DNA of 64,000 bases from contig JAPDFW010000060.1 of NCBI GenBank assembly GCA_028826165.1, positions 62,001-126,000 of the forward strand. Reading direction: 5' to 3'. A program made the position numbers and the translations under genes. Each line of letters begins with the position of its first letter. Position 1 is the first letter of the stretch. The stretch is from Anaeramoeba ignava BMAN. Its lineage: Eukaryota > Protista > Anaeramoebae. Below, in pieces: positions 22,375 through 33,500 of the stretch. The notes beneath the pieces are model-generated. The model was not told the DNA's origin. It saw nothing but the letters and a program-made list of their open reading frames with translations, and did no database searches.

Positions 22375-22769
22375 AATTAAAATTAAAATTAAAATTAAAA
22401 TCAAAATTAAAATTTAAAATTAAAATTAAAATTAAAAAAAATTAAAATTAAAATCAAAAATTAAAATTAAAATTAAAATCAAAATTAAAATCAAAATTAA
22501 AATTAAAATTAAAATTAAAATTTAAAATTAAAAAATTAAAAATCAAAATTAAAATTAAAATTAAAATTAAAATTAAAATTAAAATTAAAATTAAAATTAA
22601 AATTAAAATTAAAATTAAAATTAAAATTAAAATTAAAATTAAAATTAAAATTAAAATTAAAATTAAAATTAAAATTAAAAATTAAAATTAAAATTAAAAT
22701 TAAAATTAAAATTTAAAATTAAAATTTACAATTTTCAAAATCATTTTTTTCATTTTTTTCTTTTCTAAA

Positions 22770-24674
22770 ATGAATGAAATTTTATTTTTTGGAAGAAATG
22801 AATTTCCAAAACTTTTAGAAAATAAATCAAATAAAATAACAAAATCAATTCAATTTAAATTTGAAAATGAAAATGAAAATGAAAATGGAAAACAAATTAA
22901 ACAAATTTCATCAGGTTATTTTTCAATAATTTTCCTTTTTAAAAATGGAAAAGCAATAGAATATTTAAATGAAAATGAATTAAATCAAAATCCTGAAAAA
23001 ATCCAAATTGAAGAAAATATTCAAAAAGTAACTGTTGGTTGGGAAAATGAAGCTATTTTAACAAAAGAAGGAAATGTATTTGCCAAAGGAAAAGATATTA
23101 ATCCAAAAAATTCAAAAGAATTTATCAATATTTCATCATTAATTGAAGATAAAAATGATAGAATAATTCAAGATATTGTTTCTGGATCTGTTGCAATTTA
23201 TTTATTAACTTCAAATCAAAATGCTTATGGAATTGGTTCAAATAATTATGGTCAACTTGGTTTTGATTCTAAAACACTTGAAAAAACAAAAAAACCAATT
23301 TTAATGATGAAAAATGTTTCTAAAATATTTTCAGGAAATACTTCAGGAACTGTTTTTCTTTTAAGTTCAAATCAAGAATTATTTGGATGCGGATATAATG
23401 GATCAGGCAAGCTTGGATTAGGAGAATCAATAAAAGAAACAAAAATCGATAAATTAACACAAATCCAAAATATTCCAAAAGGTAAAATAATTGATATTCA
23501 ATCAGGATTTGATTTTTCAATAATGTTGATTGAAAATGAAAATGAAAATCCGAAAAGAAAACTTTATTCATGTGGATTTTATGAATACAATGGACTTGGC
23601 AAAAATGAATATACTTATGAATTTACTGAAATCAAATCATCTTTATTTGAAAATGATGATAATATTCTTGAAATTGTTGTTGGATGTTATCATACTTTGA
23701 TTTTAACTTCCAAATCAAAATTAATTGGATTTGGAAATAATTCTTATGGTCAATTAGGAACTGGAGATATGAATTTCCAAAAAATTCCAACACAAATTGA
23801 ACTTCCTAAATTAAGATTTAATGAAAATATTTCTAATTATCATATTTCTTGTGGAGAATTCAATTCATTTCTTTATTATTCTCCTTCTTCTTTTTCCAAT
23901 CTTGAAGAAGATTTGATAAAATTATTTGAAAGAAAAGAATTTTGTGATATTTCATTTAAAACCAAAAATGGAGAAATAATTGAAGCTCATAAATTAATAT
24001 TGAAATATAGATTAAATCAAAATCAAAATGAAAATCAAATTGAAAAACTTCAAGAAATTATTTCAAAAAAATCAATTAAAGAATCAAATCAAATATTTGA
24101 AATGATTTATTCAAACAATTTCAATATAAATCCAAAATTATATTCTGAAATTAAAGAAATTATAAATTCTAATGAAAAAATTGAAGAAACAATGAAAAGA
24201 ATTTATTTAAATGAAAATGAAAATGAAAAAGATTTTATAATTGAAAGAAAAGAAAAACAATATAAATTTCCTAAATTAATATTAATAATGAGAAGTGAAT
24301 TATATCGAGGAATGTTTTTATCTGTAACAGAAGATAAATCAAATAAAGTTACAGATTATAGTGAATTAAGTAATAAATCATTTCAAATATTTGAATATTG
24401 GATTTATTCAAATCAAATTAAAGATGAAATTGAAATTACACAAGAAATTATTAATGAGTTAGAAAGAGGAATTGATTATTTTCAATTAAATCAAGCAAAT
24501 CCAAATTTATTTCATTTATTAATTAAAAAATTTAATAATCAAAATCAAATTGAAAAAGAAATTGGAATTGGAATTGAAATTGAAATTGAACAAGAAAAAG
24601 AACCAGAACCAGAAATTGAAAAAGAAAAAAGAGGAAAAGAAATCAAAATCAAGAAAAAATGTTATATTTTTTAA
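22770..24674 (+). CDS. RCC1-BTB protein, copy 4, with a polybasic CaaX tail (KIKKKCYIF)
   Basis: Paralogue with a ~40-aa C-terminal extension. Confidence 0.9.
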   Translation: MNEILFFGRNEFPKLLENKSNKITKSIQFKFENENENENGKQIKQISSGYFSIIFLFKNGKAIEYLNENELNQNPEKIQIEENIQKVTVGWENEAILTKEGNVFAKGKDINPKNSKEFINISSLIEDKNDRIIQDIVSGSVAIYLLTSNQNAYGIGSNNYGQLGFDSKTLEKTKKPILMMKNVSKIFSGNTSGTVFLLSSNQELFGCGYNGSGKLGLGESIKETKIDKLTQIQNIPKGKIIDIQSGFDFSIMLIENENENPKRKLYSCGFYEYNGLGKNEYTYEFTEIKSSLFENDDNILEIVVGCYHTLILTSKSKLIGFGNNSYGQLGTGDMNFQKIPTQIELPKLRFNENISNYHISCGEFNSFLYYSPSSFSNLEEDLIKLFERKEFCDISFKTKNGEIIEAHKLILKYRLNQNQNENQIEKLQEIISKKSIKESNQIFEMIYSNNFNINPKLYSEIKEIINSNEKIEETMKRIYLNENENEKDFIIERKEKQYKFPKLILIMRSELYRGMFLSVTEDKSNKVTDYSELSNKSFQIFEYWIYSNQIKDEIEITQEIINELERGIDYFQLNQANPNLFHLLIKKFNNQNQIEKEIGIGIEIEIEQEKEPEPEIEKEKRGKEIKIKKKCYIF

Positions 24675-24767
24675 ATAATCAAAATTAAAATTAAAATTAA
24701 AATCAAAATTAAAATTAAAATTTCAAATTCATTTTTTCATTTTTTTTCATTTTTTTCCTTTTCAAAA

Positions 24768-26579
24768 ATGAATGAAATTTTATTTTTTGGTAAAAATTCT
24801 CATCCAAAACTTATCGAAAATAAACCATATGAAATAACAAAACCAATTCAATTTAAATTTGAAAATGAAAATGAAAATGAAAATGAAAATCAAATTAAAC
24901 AAATTTCATCAGGTTATAATTCAACAATTTTCCTTTTTAAAAATGGAAAAGCAATAGAATATTTAAGTCAAAATGATTCAAAACAAAATACTTCAAAAAT
25001 CCAAATTGAAAATATTCAAAAAGTATCTGTTGGTGACTGGAATGAAGGTATTTTAACAATAGAAGGAAAAGTATTTGCCAAAGGATATGATATTAATCCA
25101 AATAATCCAAAAGAATTTACCAATATTTCATCATTAATTGAAGATAAAAATGATAGAATAATTCAAGATGTTGTTTCTGGAGATCGTTCAGTTTATTTAT
25201 TAACTTCAAATCAAAATGCTTATGGAATTGGTTCAAATAATTTTGGTCAACTTGGTTTTGATTCTAAAACACTTAAAAAAGCAGAAAAACCAATTTTAAT
25301 GATGAAAAATGTTTCTAAAATATTTTCAGGAAATTCTTCATATTCTGTTTTTCTTTTAAATTCAAATCAAGAATTATTTGGATGCGGAAGAAATATTTCG
25401 AGTCAATTTGGATTAGGAGAATCAATAAAAGAAACAAAAATCGATAAATTAACACAAATCCAAAATATTCCAAAAGGTAAAATAATTGATATTCAATCAG
25501 GATTTGATTTTTCAATAATGTTGATTGAAGATGAAAATGAAAATCCAAAAAGAAAACTTTATTCATGTGGATTTTATGAATACAATGGACTTGGCAAAAA
25601 TGAATATACTTATGAATTTACTGAAATCAAATCATCTTTATTTGAAAATGATGATAATATTATTGATTTTTCTGTTGGAAATCAACATACTTTGGTTTTA
25701 ACTTCCAAATCAAAATTAATTGGATTTGGAAATAATTCATATGGTCAATTAGGAACTGGAGATATGAATTTCGAAAAAATTCCATTTCAAATTGAACTTC
25801 CTAAATTAAGATTTAATGAAAATATTTCTAATTATCATATTTCTTGTGGAGAATTCAATTCATTTCTTTATTATTCTCCTTCTTCTTTTTCCAATCTTGA
25901 AGAAGATTTGATAAAATTATTTAGAAGAAAAGAATTTTGTGATATTTCATTTAAAACAGAAAATGGAGAAATAATTGAAGCTCATAAATTAATATTGAAA
26001 TATAGATTAAATCAAAATCAAAATCAAATTGAAAAACTTCAAGAAATTATTTCAAAAAAATCAATTAAAGAATCAAATCAAATATTTGAAATGATTTATT
26101 CAAACAATTTCAATATAAATCCAAAATTATATTCTGAAATTAAAGAAATTATAAATTCAAATGAAAAAATTGAAGAAACAATAAAAAGAATTTATTTAAA
26201 TGAAAATGAAAATGAAAATGAAAAAGATTTTATAATTGAAAGAAAAGAAAAACAATATAAATTTCCTAAATTAATATTAATAATGAGAAGTGAATTATAT
26301 CGAGGAATGTTTTTATCTGTAACAGATGATACTTCTAATAAAGTTACAGATTATAGTGAATTAAGTAATAAATCATTTCAAATATTTGAATATTGGATTT
26401 ATTCAAATCAAATTAAAGATGAAATTGAAATTACACAAGAAATTATTAATGAGTTAGAAAGAGGAATTGATTATTTTCAATTAAATCAAACAAATCCAAA
26501 TTTATTTCATTTATTAATTAACAAATTTAATAATCAAAATCAAAATCAAAATCAAAATCAAAATCAAAATCAAAATTAA
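24768..26579 (+). CDS. RCC1-BTB protein, copy 5
   Basis: Paralogue ending in an (NQ)n tail. Confidence 0.9.
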   Translation: MNEILFFGKNSHPKLIENKPYEITKPIQFKFENENENENENQIKQISSGYNSTIFLFKNGKAIEYLSQNDSKQNTSKIQIENIQKVSVGDWNEGILTIEGKVFAKGYDINPNNPKEFTNISSLIEDKNDRIIQDVVSGDRSVYLLTSNQNAYGIGSNNFGQLGFDSKTLKKAEKPILMMKNVSKIFSGNSSYSVFLLNSNQELFGCGRNISSQFGLGESIKETKIDKLTQIQNIPKGKIIDIQSGFDFSIMLIEDENENPKRKLYSCGFYEYNGLGKNEYTYEFTEIKSSLFENDDNIIDFSVGNQHTLVLTSKSKLIGFGNNSYGQLGTGDMNFEKIPFQIELPKLRFNENISNYHISCGEFNSFLYYSPSSFSNLEEDLIKLFRRKEFCDISFKTENGEIIEAHKLILKYRLNQNQNQIEKLQEIISKKSIKESNQIFEMIYSNNFNINPKLYSEIKEIINSNEKIEETIKRIYLNENENENEKDFIIERKEKQYKFPKLILIMRSELYRGMFLSVTDDTSNKVTDYSELSNKSFQIFEYWIYSNQIKDEIEITQEIINELERGIDYFQLNQTNPNLFHLLINKFNNQNQNQNQNQNQNQN

Positions 26580-26823
26580 AATTAAAATTAAAATCTAAAA
26601 TTAAAATTAAAATTAAAATTAAAATTAAAATCTAAAATTAAAATCAAAATTAAAATTAAAATTAAAATTAAAATCAAAATTAAAAATAAAATCAAAATCA
26701 AAATCAAAATTAAAATTAAAATTAAAATTAAAATTAAAATCAAAATTAAAATTAAAATTAAAATTAAAATCAAAATTAAAATTTTTTTGATATTTTTTTT
26801 TTCATTTTTTTATTATTATTCTT

Positions 26824-27354
26824 ATGAGTCATAGACCAAAACATTTAATTGAGAATATCCTGGATGATTGTCCAGTTCCAAAAGAAAATGAGTATATTGC
26901 ACTTGTTATTGGTGTTAGAGGTACAAATGTAGTTCAAGTTCGAGTTGAAAAAATTGAAATGAAAGAAAAAGAAAAAGAAAAAGAAAAAGAAAAAGAATTA
27001 GAAGAAATACTTGTAATGGTTCCTAAGAAATTTAATAAAGTAATTTGGATTAAAAGAGGAGATTACGTCATAATCGATAGAATTTCTCTTCAAGATCTTG
27101 CAAAAGACCCAAAAGCCAAAGTTGTTGGTGTTATTTCAACAGTTTTATATAAGAAACAGATAAAACATTTAGAATCAATTGGAAAATGGCCTAAATATTT
27201 CCCATTGAAAGAAGAGAAGAAAATTGAAAGTGATGAAAGTGATGAAAGTGATGAAAGTGATGAAAGTGATGAAAGTGATGAAAATGATGAAAATGATGAA
27301 AATGATGAAAATAATGAAAATGATGAAAATAATCAAAATGATAATTCAAATTAA
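26824..27354 (+). CDS. EIF1AD: eIF1A-domain RNA-binding protein
   Basis: RGTNVVQV...LVMVPKKFNKVIWIKRGDYVII...QIKHLESIGKWP, with an acidic tail. Confidence 0.85.
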   Translation: MSHRPKHLIENILDDCPVPKENEYIALVIGVRGTNVVQVRVEKIEMKEKEKEKEKEKELEEILVMVPKKFNKVIWIKRGDYVIIDRISLQDLAKDPKAKVVGVISTVLYKKQIKHLESIGKWPKYFPLKEEKKIESDESDESDESDESDESDENDENDENDENNENDENNQNDNSN

Positions 27355-27577
27355 AATTAAAATCAAATCAAAATTAAAATCAAAATCAAAATTCAAATCA
27401 AAATTAAAATTAAAATCAAAATTAAAATTAAAATTAAAATTAAAATTAAAATTAAAATTAAATAAAAATGGAAAAAAAAATTATTAATTCTTTTTAAGGA
27501 AAATTTATTCTACTTTTTCAAAGAAAAAGCAAAAAGCAAAAAAAGAAAAAATCAAAATGGGGAAAATAGTTCCAAAT

Positions 27578-28789
27578 TCAAACTCTTTCAATAATCATTG
27601 CAGTACTTCCACCACCACCATTACAAATAGCAGCACAACCAATTTTAGCATTTTTCTTATGAAGAACATTAATCAAAGTGACTAAAATGCGAGCACCAGA
27701 ACAACCTATAGGATGACCCAAGGAAACAGCACCACCAAAGACATTGATTTTCTGCTTAGGAATTGAGAGGAGTTTCTGGTTCGCGCAAACAACGACTGAA
27801 AAAGCCTCATTAATTTCGAAAAAATCGATATTTTCGAGGGAATCAAAGGGAGACAAATCGAGAGCTTTCTTGATTGAAAGGGAAGGGGAAGTGGGAAATT
27901 TCTCTGGTTCCTGGGCAGCATCAGCGAACGAGATGATGCGAGCAAGAATAGGAGCGCCGAGCTTTATTGCTGTGGCTTCAGACATGAGAACAACAGCCGC
28001 GGCACCGTCACTTATTGTACTTGCGTTTGCGGCGGTTATTGTTCCATCTTTTTTAAACGCGGTTCGCAACACTTTTAACTTCTCTTCGTTGAGCTTTGTG
28101 TACTCCTCATCTTCTGTGATTGTTATGTATTTCTGTTCTTCATTTGTGCGTTTGGGAAGGGGAATTTTGACTGGGATAATTTCGGTGTCAAACATTTTGG
28201 ATTCGAAAGCTTGCTTTGCTTTCTTATAACTTTCAATTGCATAAGCGTCTTGTTCCTCACGGGTGATCTTCATCTCTTCTGCGCAAAGCTCTCCAGCGAG
28301 TCCCATATGGAAGTTATTGAAGCTATCCCAGAGCCCGTCTTGGATCATGCCGTCGACAATCTCTTTGTTTCCCATTTTGACATTTGAAAATCCGTTGCGA
28401 TCAAGATAATAAGGCACATTACTCATCGATTCCATTCCTCCTGCAACAACTACATCTGCGCCTCCAAGCATGATTTGCTGCGCTCCTAACGTCACCGCTT
28501 TCATTCCTGATGAACATACTTTATTCACAGTTGTACATGGCACTTTTGACGGGATTCCTCCGCCAAGTGCTGCTATTCTTGCTGGTCCTTGTCCAAGATT
28601 TGCGGGCAGAACATTCCCAAAAAATACTTCGTTCACTTGATCTCCTTTGATGTTCGCTTTTTCTAATGCTCCTTTTATCGCTATTGAACCTAATTCAGTT
28701 GCTTTTAATTTTGAAAGAACTCCATTAAATCCTCCTATTGGCGTTCTAACAGCACTTACAATCACAACAACGTTATTTTTGTTTTCCAT
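27578..28789 (-). CDS. Acetyl-CoA C-acetyltransferase (thiolase II, ERG10/ACAT-like)
   Basis: VRTPIG, NKVCSSG (catalytic Cys), NEAF, GHPIGCSG and ICNGGGG motifs. No obvious presequence. Confidence 0.95.
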   Translation of the reverse strand: MENKNNVVVIVSAVRTPIGGFNGVLSKLKATELGSIAIKGALEKANIKGDQVNEVFFGNVLPANLGQGPARIAALGGGIPSKVPCTTVNKVCSSGMKAVTLGAQQIMLGGADVVVAGGMESMSNVPYYLDRNGFSNVKMGNKEIVDGMIQDGLWDSFNNFHMGLAGELCAEEMKITREEQDAYAIESYKKAKQAFESKMFDTEIIPVKIPLPKRTNEEQKYITITEDEEYTKLNEEKLKVLRTAFKKDGTITAANASTISDGAAAVVLMSEATAIKLGAPILARIISFADAAQEPEKFPTSPSLSIKKALDLSPFDSLENIDFFEINEAFSVVVCANQKLLSIPKQKINVFGGAVSLGHPIGCSGARILVTLINVLHKKNAKIGCAAICNGGGGSTAMIIERV

Positions 28790-28891
28790 TTTTTTTAAAA
28801 AAAAAATTTTAATAAATTGAGAAAAATGAAAAATAATTTTCTCATTTCAAAATTTTTTTTTCATTTTTTTTTTCATTTTTTTTTTTAAAAA

Positions 28892-30316
28892 ATGTCAATT
28901 CGTCTTCAATCTGATTGGAATAAAGGAAATTCTTTTTGGGTTCAATGCTCAAAACTTAATGGAACTCAAACTATTTATTCTGAATTAAAATTAAATGAAA
29001 ATCAAGAATATCAAGATTTAAAAGGAATTTTTACAACTGAAAAAATTGGAAATAAAAAAAATCTTCTAAAAATCAAATGCAAGGAAAGCAAATACGAATC
29101 CGAAACAACATTTCAAGGAGCAATAAAAGAATATGGGAAAGTCCATGGGACAGAACCTAAAAAGCAGGCAATTTTATCGATAGATATTTCGCCACAATCA
29201 CAATTGACGGTTTCTGGAAGCACAAACGGGAGCCTTAAGGTTTTCGAGACAGAAACCGGGGAGATCCGAAGGGACCTTGTGGGTCATATCATGGGAGTTA
29301 GTGTGGCGAAGTTTTTCCCCAGCGGACAAGTTGTTCTAAGCGGAGGAGAGGATTTCCGCTTGAGAATATGGGATATAAGTGACGGCGAATGTGAAGCCGT
29401 TTTTGTCGGTCATAAAAGCAGAGTCAATGCTGCTGCGTTTATTGAGAGAGGCAGAAATATTCTCAGCACTTCTAATGACGGATCTTCCCGTCTCTGGAAC
29501 TCCGGTACTGAGCAGCAAATTGCTTTGTTTTCAAGAAATAATTTTTTCAATCAAAATTCTCCTTTTGCAAATTTTGATGTCAGAAATTTTGATTGTTGCG
29601 TTTCTCATCTTGATGCTCAGAAATACCCCTCTTTGTTCCGTTATAATTCTAATCTTGTTTTGGATCAAAATGAGTTTGGAACTGATGGGAAAATCTTGTT
29701 TGTTTCTTCCAATAAAGGAAATGTGGATGTTTTTGATGTTAGAAATAAAAAGGAAATTTGGAATCTTATGTTAACAAGTGAAGATTTCAAGAATCAGAAT
29801 CAAAATTTAGAAAAACTTGAAATGGATTGTGTTAATTATGATATGAATTGCGTTAATTTTCTTCCTGATTCTTTTACTGTTGTTTCTGGATGTGAAAACA
29901 AATTGGTTCAATGGGATTTACGAACTGGAAGAATATTATCTATTGATTATGTTGGTTCTCTTGGGAATTTACAATCAATAAAACCAGTTATTTTTTCCAA
30001 TCCAAATTTAAAAGAAAAAGAAAAAGGAAATGAAAAAGAAAAAGAAAAAGAAAAAGAAAACGAAAACGAAAAAAACTGTCAAAATAATTCTCAAAATTCT
30101 CAAAATGGGGAAAATATTCAAAATAATCAAACTGGATTATGGATTTCTTCTTCTGATGGTGAATGTTTTTTATGGGATTTAGTTAATAAGAAAAGAATTT
30201 TTAGTTTAAGTGGAGCTGATTATGATTCAATTAATTCTTTTGCTTTTAATCAAAATAAAATTGTTACAGGTTCTAAAGATGGATTTATTAGGATTTATAA
30301 TACAAAATTATTTTAA
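28892..30316 (+). CDS. PAAF1: Proteasomal ATPase-associated factor 1 / Rpn14 (WD40)
   Basis: GH...AKFFPSGQVVLSGGEDFRLRIW...GH...IERGRNILSTSNDG..RLW signature. Confidence 0.85.
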   Translation: MSIRLQSDWNKGNSFWVQCSKLNGTQTIYSELKLNENQEYQDLKGIFTTEKIGNKKNLLKIKCKESKYESETTFQGAIKEYGKVHGTEPKKQAILSIDISPQSQLTVSGSTNGSLKVFETETGEIRRDLVGHIMGVSVAKFFPSGQVVLSGGEDFRLRIWDISDGECEAVFVGHKSRVNAAAFIERGRNILSTSNDGSSRLWNSGTEQQIALFSRNNFFNQNSPFANFDVRNFDCCVSHLDAQKYPSLFRYNSNLVLDQNEFGTDGKILFVSSNKGNVDVFDVRNKKEIWNLMLTSEDFKNQNQNLEKLEMDCVNYDMNCVNFLPDSFTVVSGCENKLVQWDLRTGRILSIDYVGSLGNLQSIKPVIFSNPNLKEKEKGNEKEKEKEKENENEKNCQNNSQNSQNGENIQNNQTGLWISSSDGECFLWDLVNKKRIFSLSGADYDSINSFAFNQNKIVTGSKDGFIRIYNTKLF

Positions 30317-30505
30317 AAAAATTAATAAAAAAAAATAAAAAAAATAATGAGTCATCAATTATAAAAATGATGATTGGAAAAAACAAATAAGAAAATCCAA
30401 GTGTAAAAAAATTTTTTTTTTCTTTTTTATTTTAATTTTTTTAATTTCATTTTTTCTTTTTCTTTATTCCTTTAAAAAATAAATTTAAAAAATTAAAAAA
30501 AAAAA

Positions 30506-33500
30506 ATGCTTTCTCCAATTAAACCAACTTTTTTTTTAAATAAAAAAAACAATTCTCTCTTACAATCAAATTTTAATGTAAAAAATTAAAAATTAAAACT
30601 AAAAATAAAAAAAATTTTTTTTTACTTTAAATTTAATACAAAAATAAAAACAATAAATTATTATTTTAAACATTGATCTTTTAAAATTTAAAATTCAAAA
30701 ATAAGAAAAAAAATAAAAAAAAATTTTTTTTTTACTTCAAATTTTAAATTAAAATTAAAATTAAATATTTAAGAACAACAATACAGATTTAGAATTAAAG
30801 TTAAAAAATATCAAAAATGAAGAAAAAAACAATACAAATCTTAATTTAATTTTATAAATGAATTTAATAAATGAATTTTATAATTTAATTTTAATTTAAT
30901 TTTATAAATGAATTTTAATTTAATTTTATAATTTAATTTAATTTTATAAATTAATTTTATATATTAATTTATATATGAATTTTATAAATGAATTTTAATT
31001 TAATTTTATAAATGAATTTTATAAATGAATTTCAATCTAATTTAATAAATGAATTTTAATTTTATAAATGAATTTTATATATTAATTTTATATATTAATT
31101 TAATATATTAATTTATAAATGAATTTAATTTTATATATTAATTTATATTTATAGCGCTTCATAAAAACAGGTGCAAAAAGAATTTTAGAACATCCAGTTC
31201 TCGAAATACCCCAAAGAAAAGAAGTATCTTTCCAATGGAACGGAAAAATTCTATATGGATATGAAGGAGAGATGCTTTCATCAGCCTTAATCGCCAACGG
31301 AGAAGACATTTTCGGATTCCACTACAAAGACAAATCACCACAAGGAATTTTCTGTGCTAACGGACAATGCTCACAATGCATGGTTACCTGCAACGGAGTT
31401 CCAGTGAAATCATGCATGACACCCTTGAAGGAAGGTATGGTTGTGAATTATGCAGCACAAGTTCTTCCTGAATTCCGAGAAAAACTTAACTTGAAAGACG
31501 CGCCCAAATCCGAAATTGATGTTTTGATTATTGGAGGAGGACCATCTGGACTTTCCGCTGCTTGCGAACTTGGAAAAAAAGGAGTCAAAACTCTTCTTAT
31601 TGATGACAAGGATCGATTGGGAGGAAAATTAGTTCTTCAAACACATAAATTTTTTGGATCAAGTGAAGAATGCTATGCAGGAACAAGAGGATATAAAATT
31701 GGAGGAATTTTGACCAAAGAAGTTGAAAAATACTCGTCAGTTCAAGTTGCATTGAATTCAACGGCTGTCGCTGTTTTCTCTGATAAATACGTTGGAATCG
31801 TCAGCAATGGAGAATACAAACTTGTCAAACCCAAAAAGCTTCTTGTTGCTGCTGGAGCTCGTGAGAAATTCCTTTCTTTCCCTGGAAATACTCTTCCTGG
31901 TGTTTATGGAGCTGGTGCTTTCCAGACTCTTGTCAATAGAGATCTTGTCCGTTCTTCTAATAAGGTTCTTATTGTTGGTGGTGGTAATGTTGGTCTTATT
32001 GGTGGTTATCATGCTATTCAAGCTGGTATTGAAGTTGTTTGTTTGATTGAAGCTATGGATCATTGTGGTGGTTATAAAGTTCATGAAGATAAATTGAGAA
32101 GACTTGGTGTTCCTATTTTGACAAGACATACCATTGTTGGTGTTACTGGAAAGGATCATGTTGAGAAATGCACTATTGCTCAATTAGATAATAATTGGAA
32201 AGTAAATAAAATTAAATTAAATTAAAATAAAATTAAATTAAATTAAATTAAATTAATTAAAATTAAAATTAAAATTAAATTAAAATTAAAATAAATTAAT
32301 TAAAATTAAATTAAATTAAAATTAAAATTAAATTAAAATTAAAAATTAAAATTAAAATTAAAATTAAAATTAAAATTAAAATTAAAATTAAAAATAAACT
32401 AAATTTAAAATTAAAAATAAATTAAATTTAAAATTAAATTAAATTTAATTAAATAAAATTAAAATTAAATTAAATTAAATTTAAAATTAAAATTAAAATT
32501 AAAATTAATTTATATTAAATTAGATCATCCCAGGAACTTATAAAACTTACGATGTAGACACAGTCTTGCTTGCTGTAGGTCTCGAAGAATGCAAAGAATT
32601 CTACAAAAAAGCTCAAAATTACGGAATTGATGTCTTCTCAGCAGGAGATGCTCAAGAAATTGCAGAAGCTTCAGCTGCAATGTTCACAGGAAAAATTGAA
32701 GGAAGAAAAATTCTTAAATCATTAGGAATTGATATTGAAATACCAGAAGATTGGGATGAAAAAGTGAAAGTTTTAAAAAGCAAACCAAAAGACACAGATG
32801 AAAAACACATCACAGAGTTAACCGAAGGAGTATTCCCAGTATTCCATTGCCATCAAGAAATCCCATGCAACGCTTGTGTAGCGGGATGTTCATTAGGAAA
32901 CATTTCAATGGGAGAAGAAAATGACATCAAAGATCCACCAATTTTCAGAGGAGATTGTGATGATTGCAACGGATGTCTTAGATGCGTAACAGTATGTCCT
33001 GGATTAGCTGTCACTTTGGTTGATTTCCGAGAAGACGCCGAATTTCCTACAGTCACATTTCCTTATGAAGTCTGGAGAAAGGATGTTGAAATTGGCAAAA
33101 TGGTTCCTATTATGGATGAAGCTGGTTTGATGCTCGGAAAATTCAAAGTGGAAAATGTCCAACAACGCGAACGAACTTTGTTGGTTTCTGTTAAGCTTCC
33201 AAAAGATATTGCTAAAAAAGCAGCTTCTGTTTTTACTCGCGAAATAAAACAAATTCCTGATCTTTATGAAAAATCTAAATTCCCTGATGAATCTATTGTT
33301 TGCCGTTGTGAAAGAGTTTCCGCAAAGGAAATCAGAGACTCAATCCGTTTAGGTGTTACTGATATGAACCAACTCAAAGCTGCTACTAGAGCTTGTATGG
33401 GTGCTTGCGGATCTAAAACTTGTTTCTCAACTATTAAAAGAATCTTTAGAGAAGAAGGTATTCCAAATGATAGAATTACTGACAGAGTCGAAAGACCTTT

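Noticed and set aside
15249-26579. Diversity-generating retroelement behind the RCC1 variation
   Set aside because: No reverse transcriptase or template repeat is present in the window, and variation is spread over all blades rather than one variable region.
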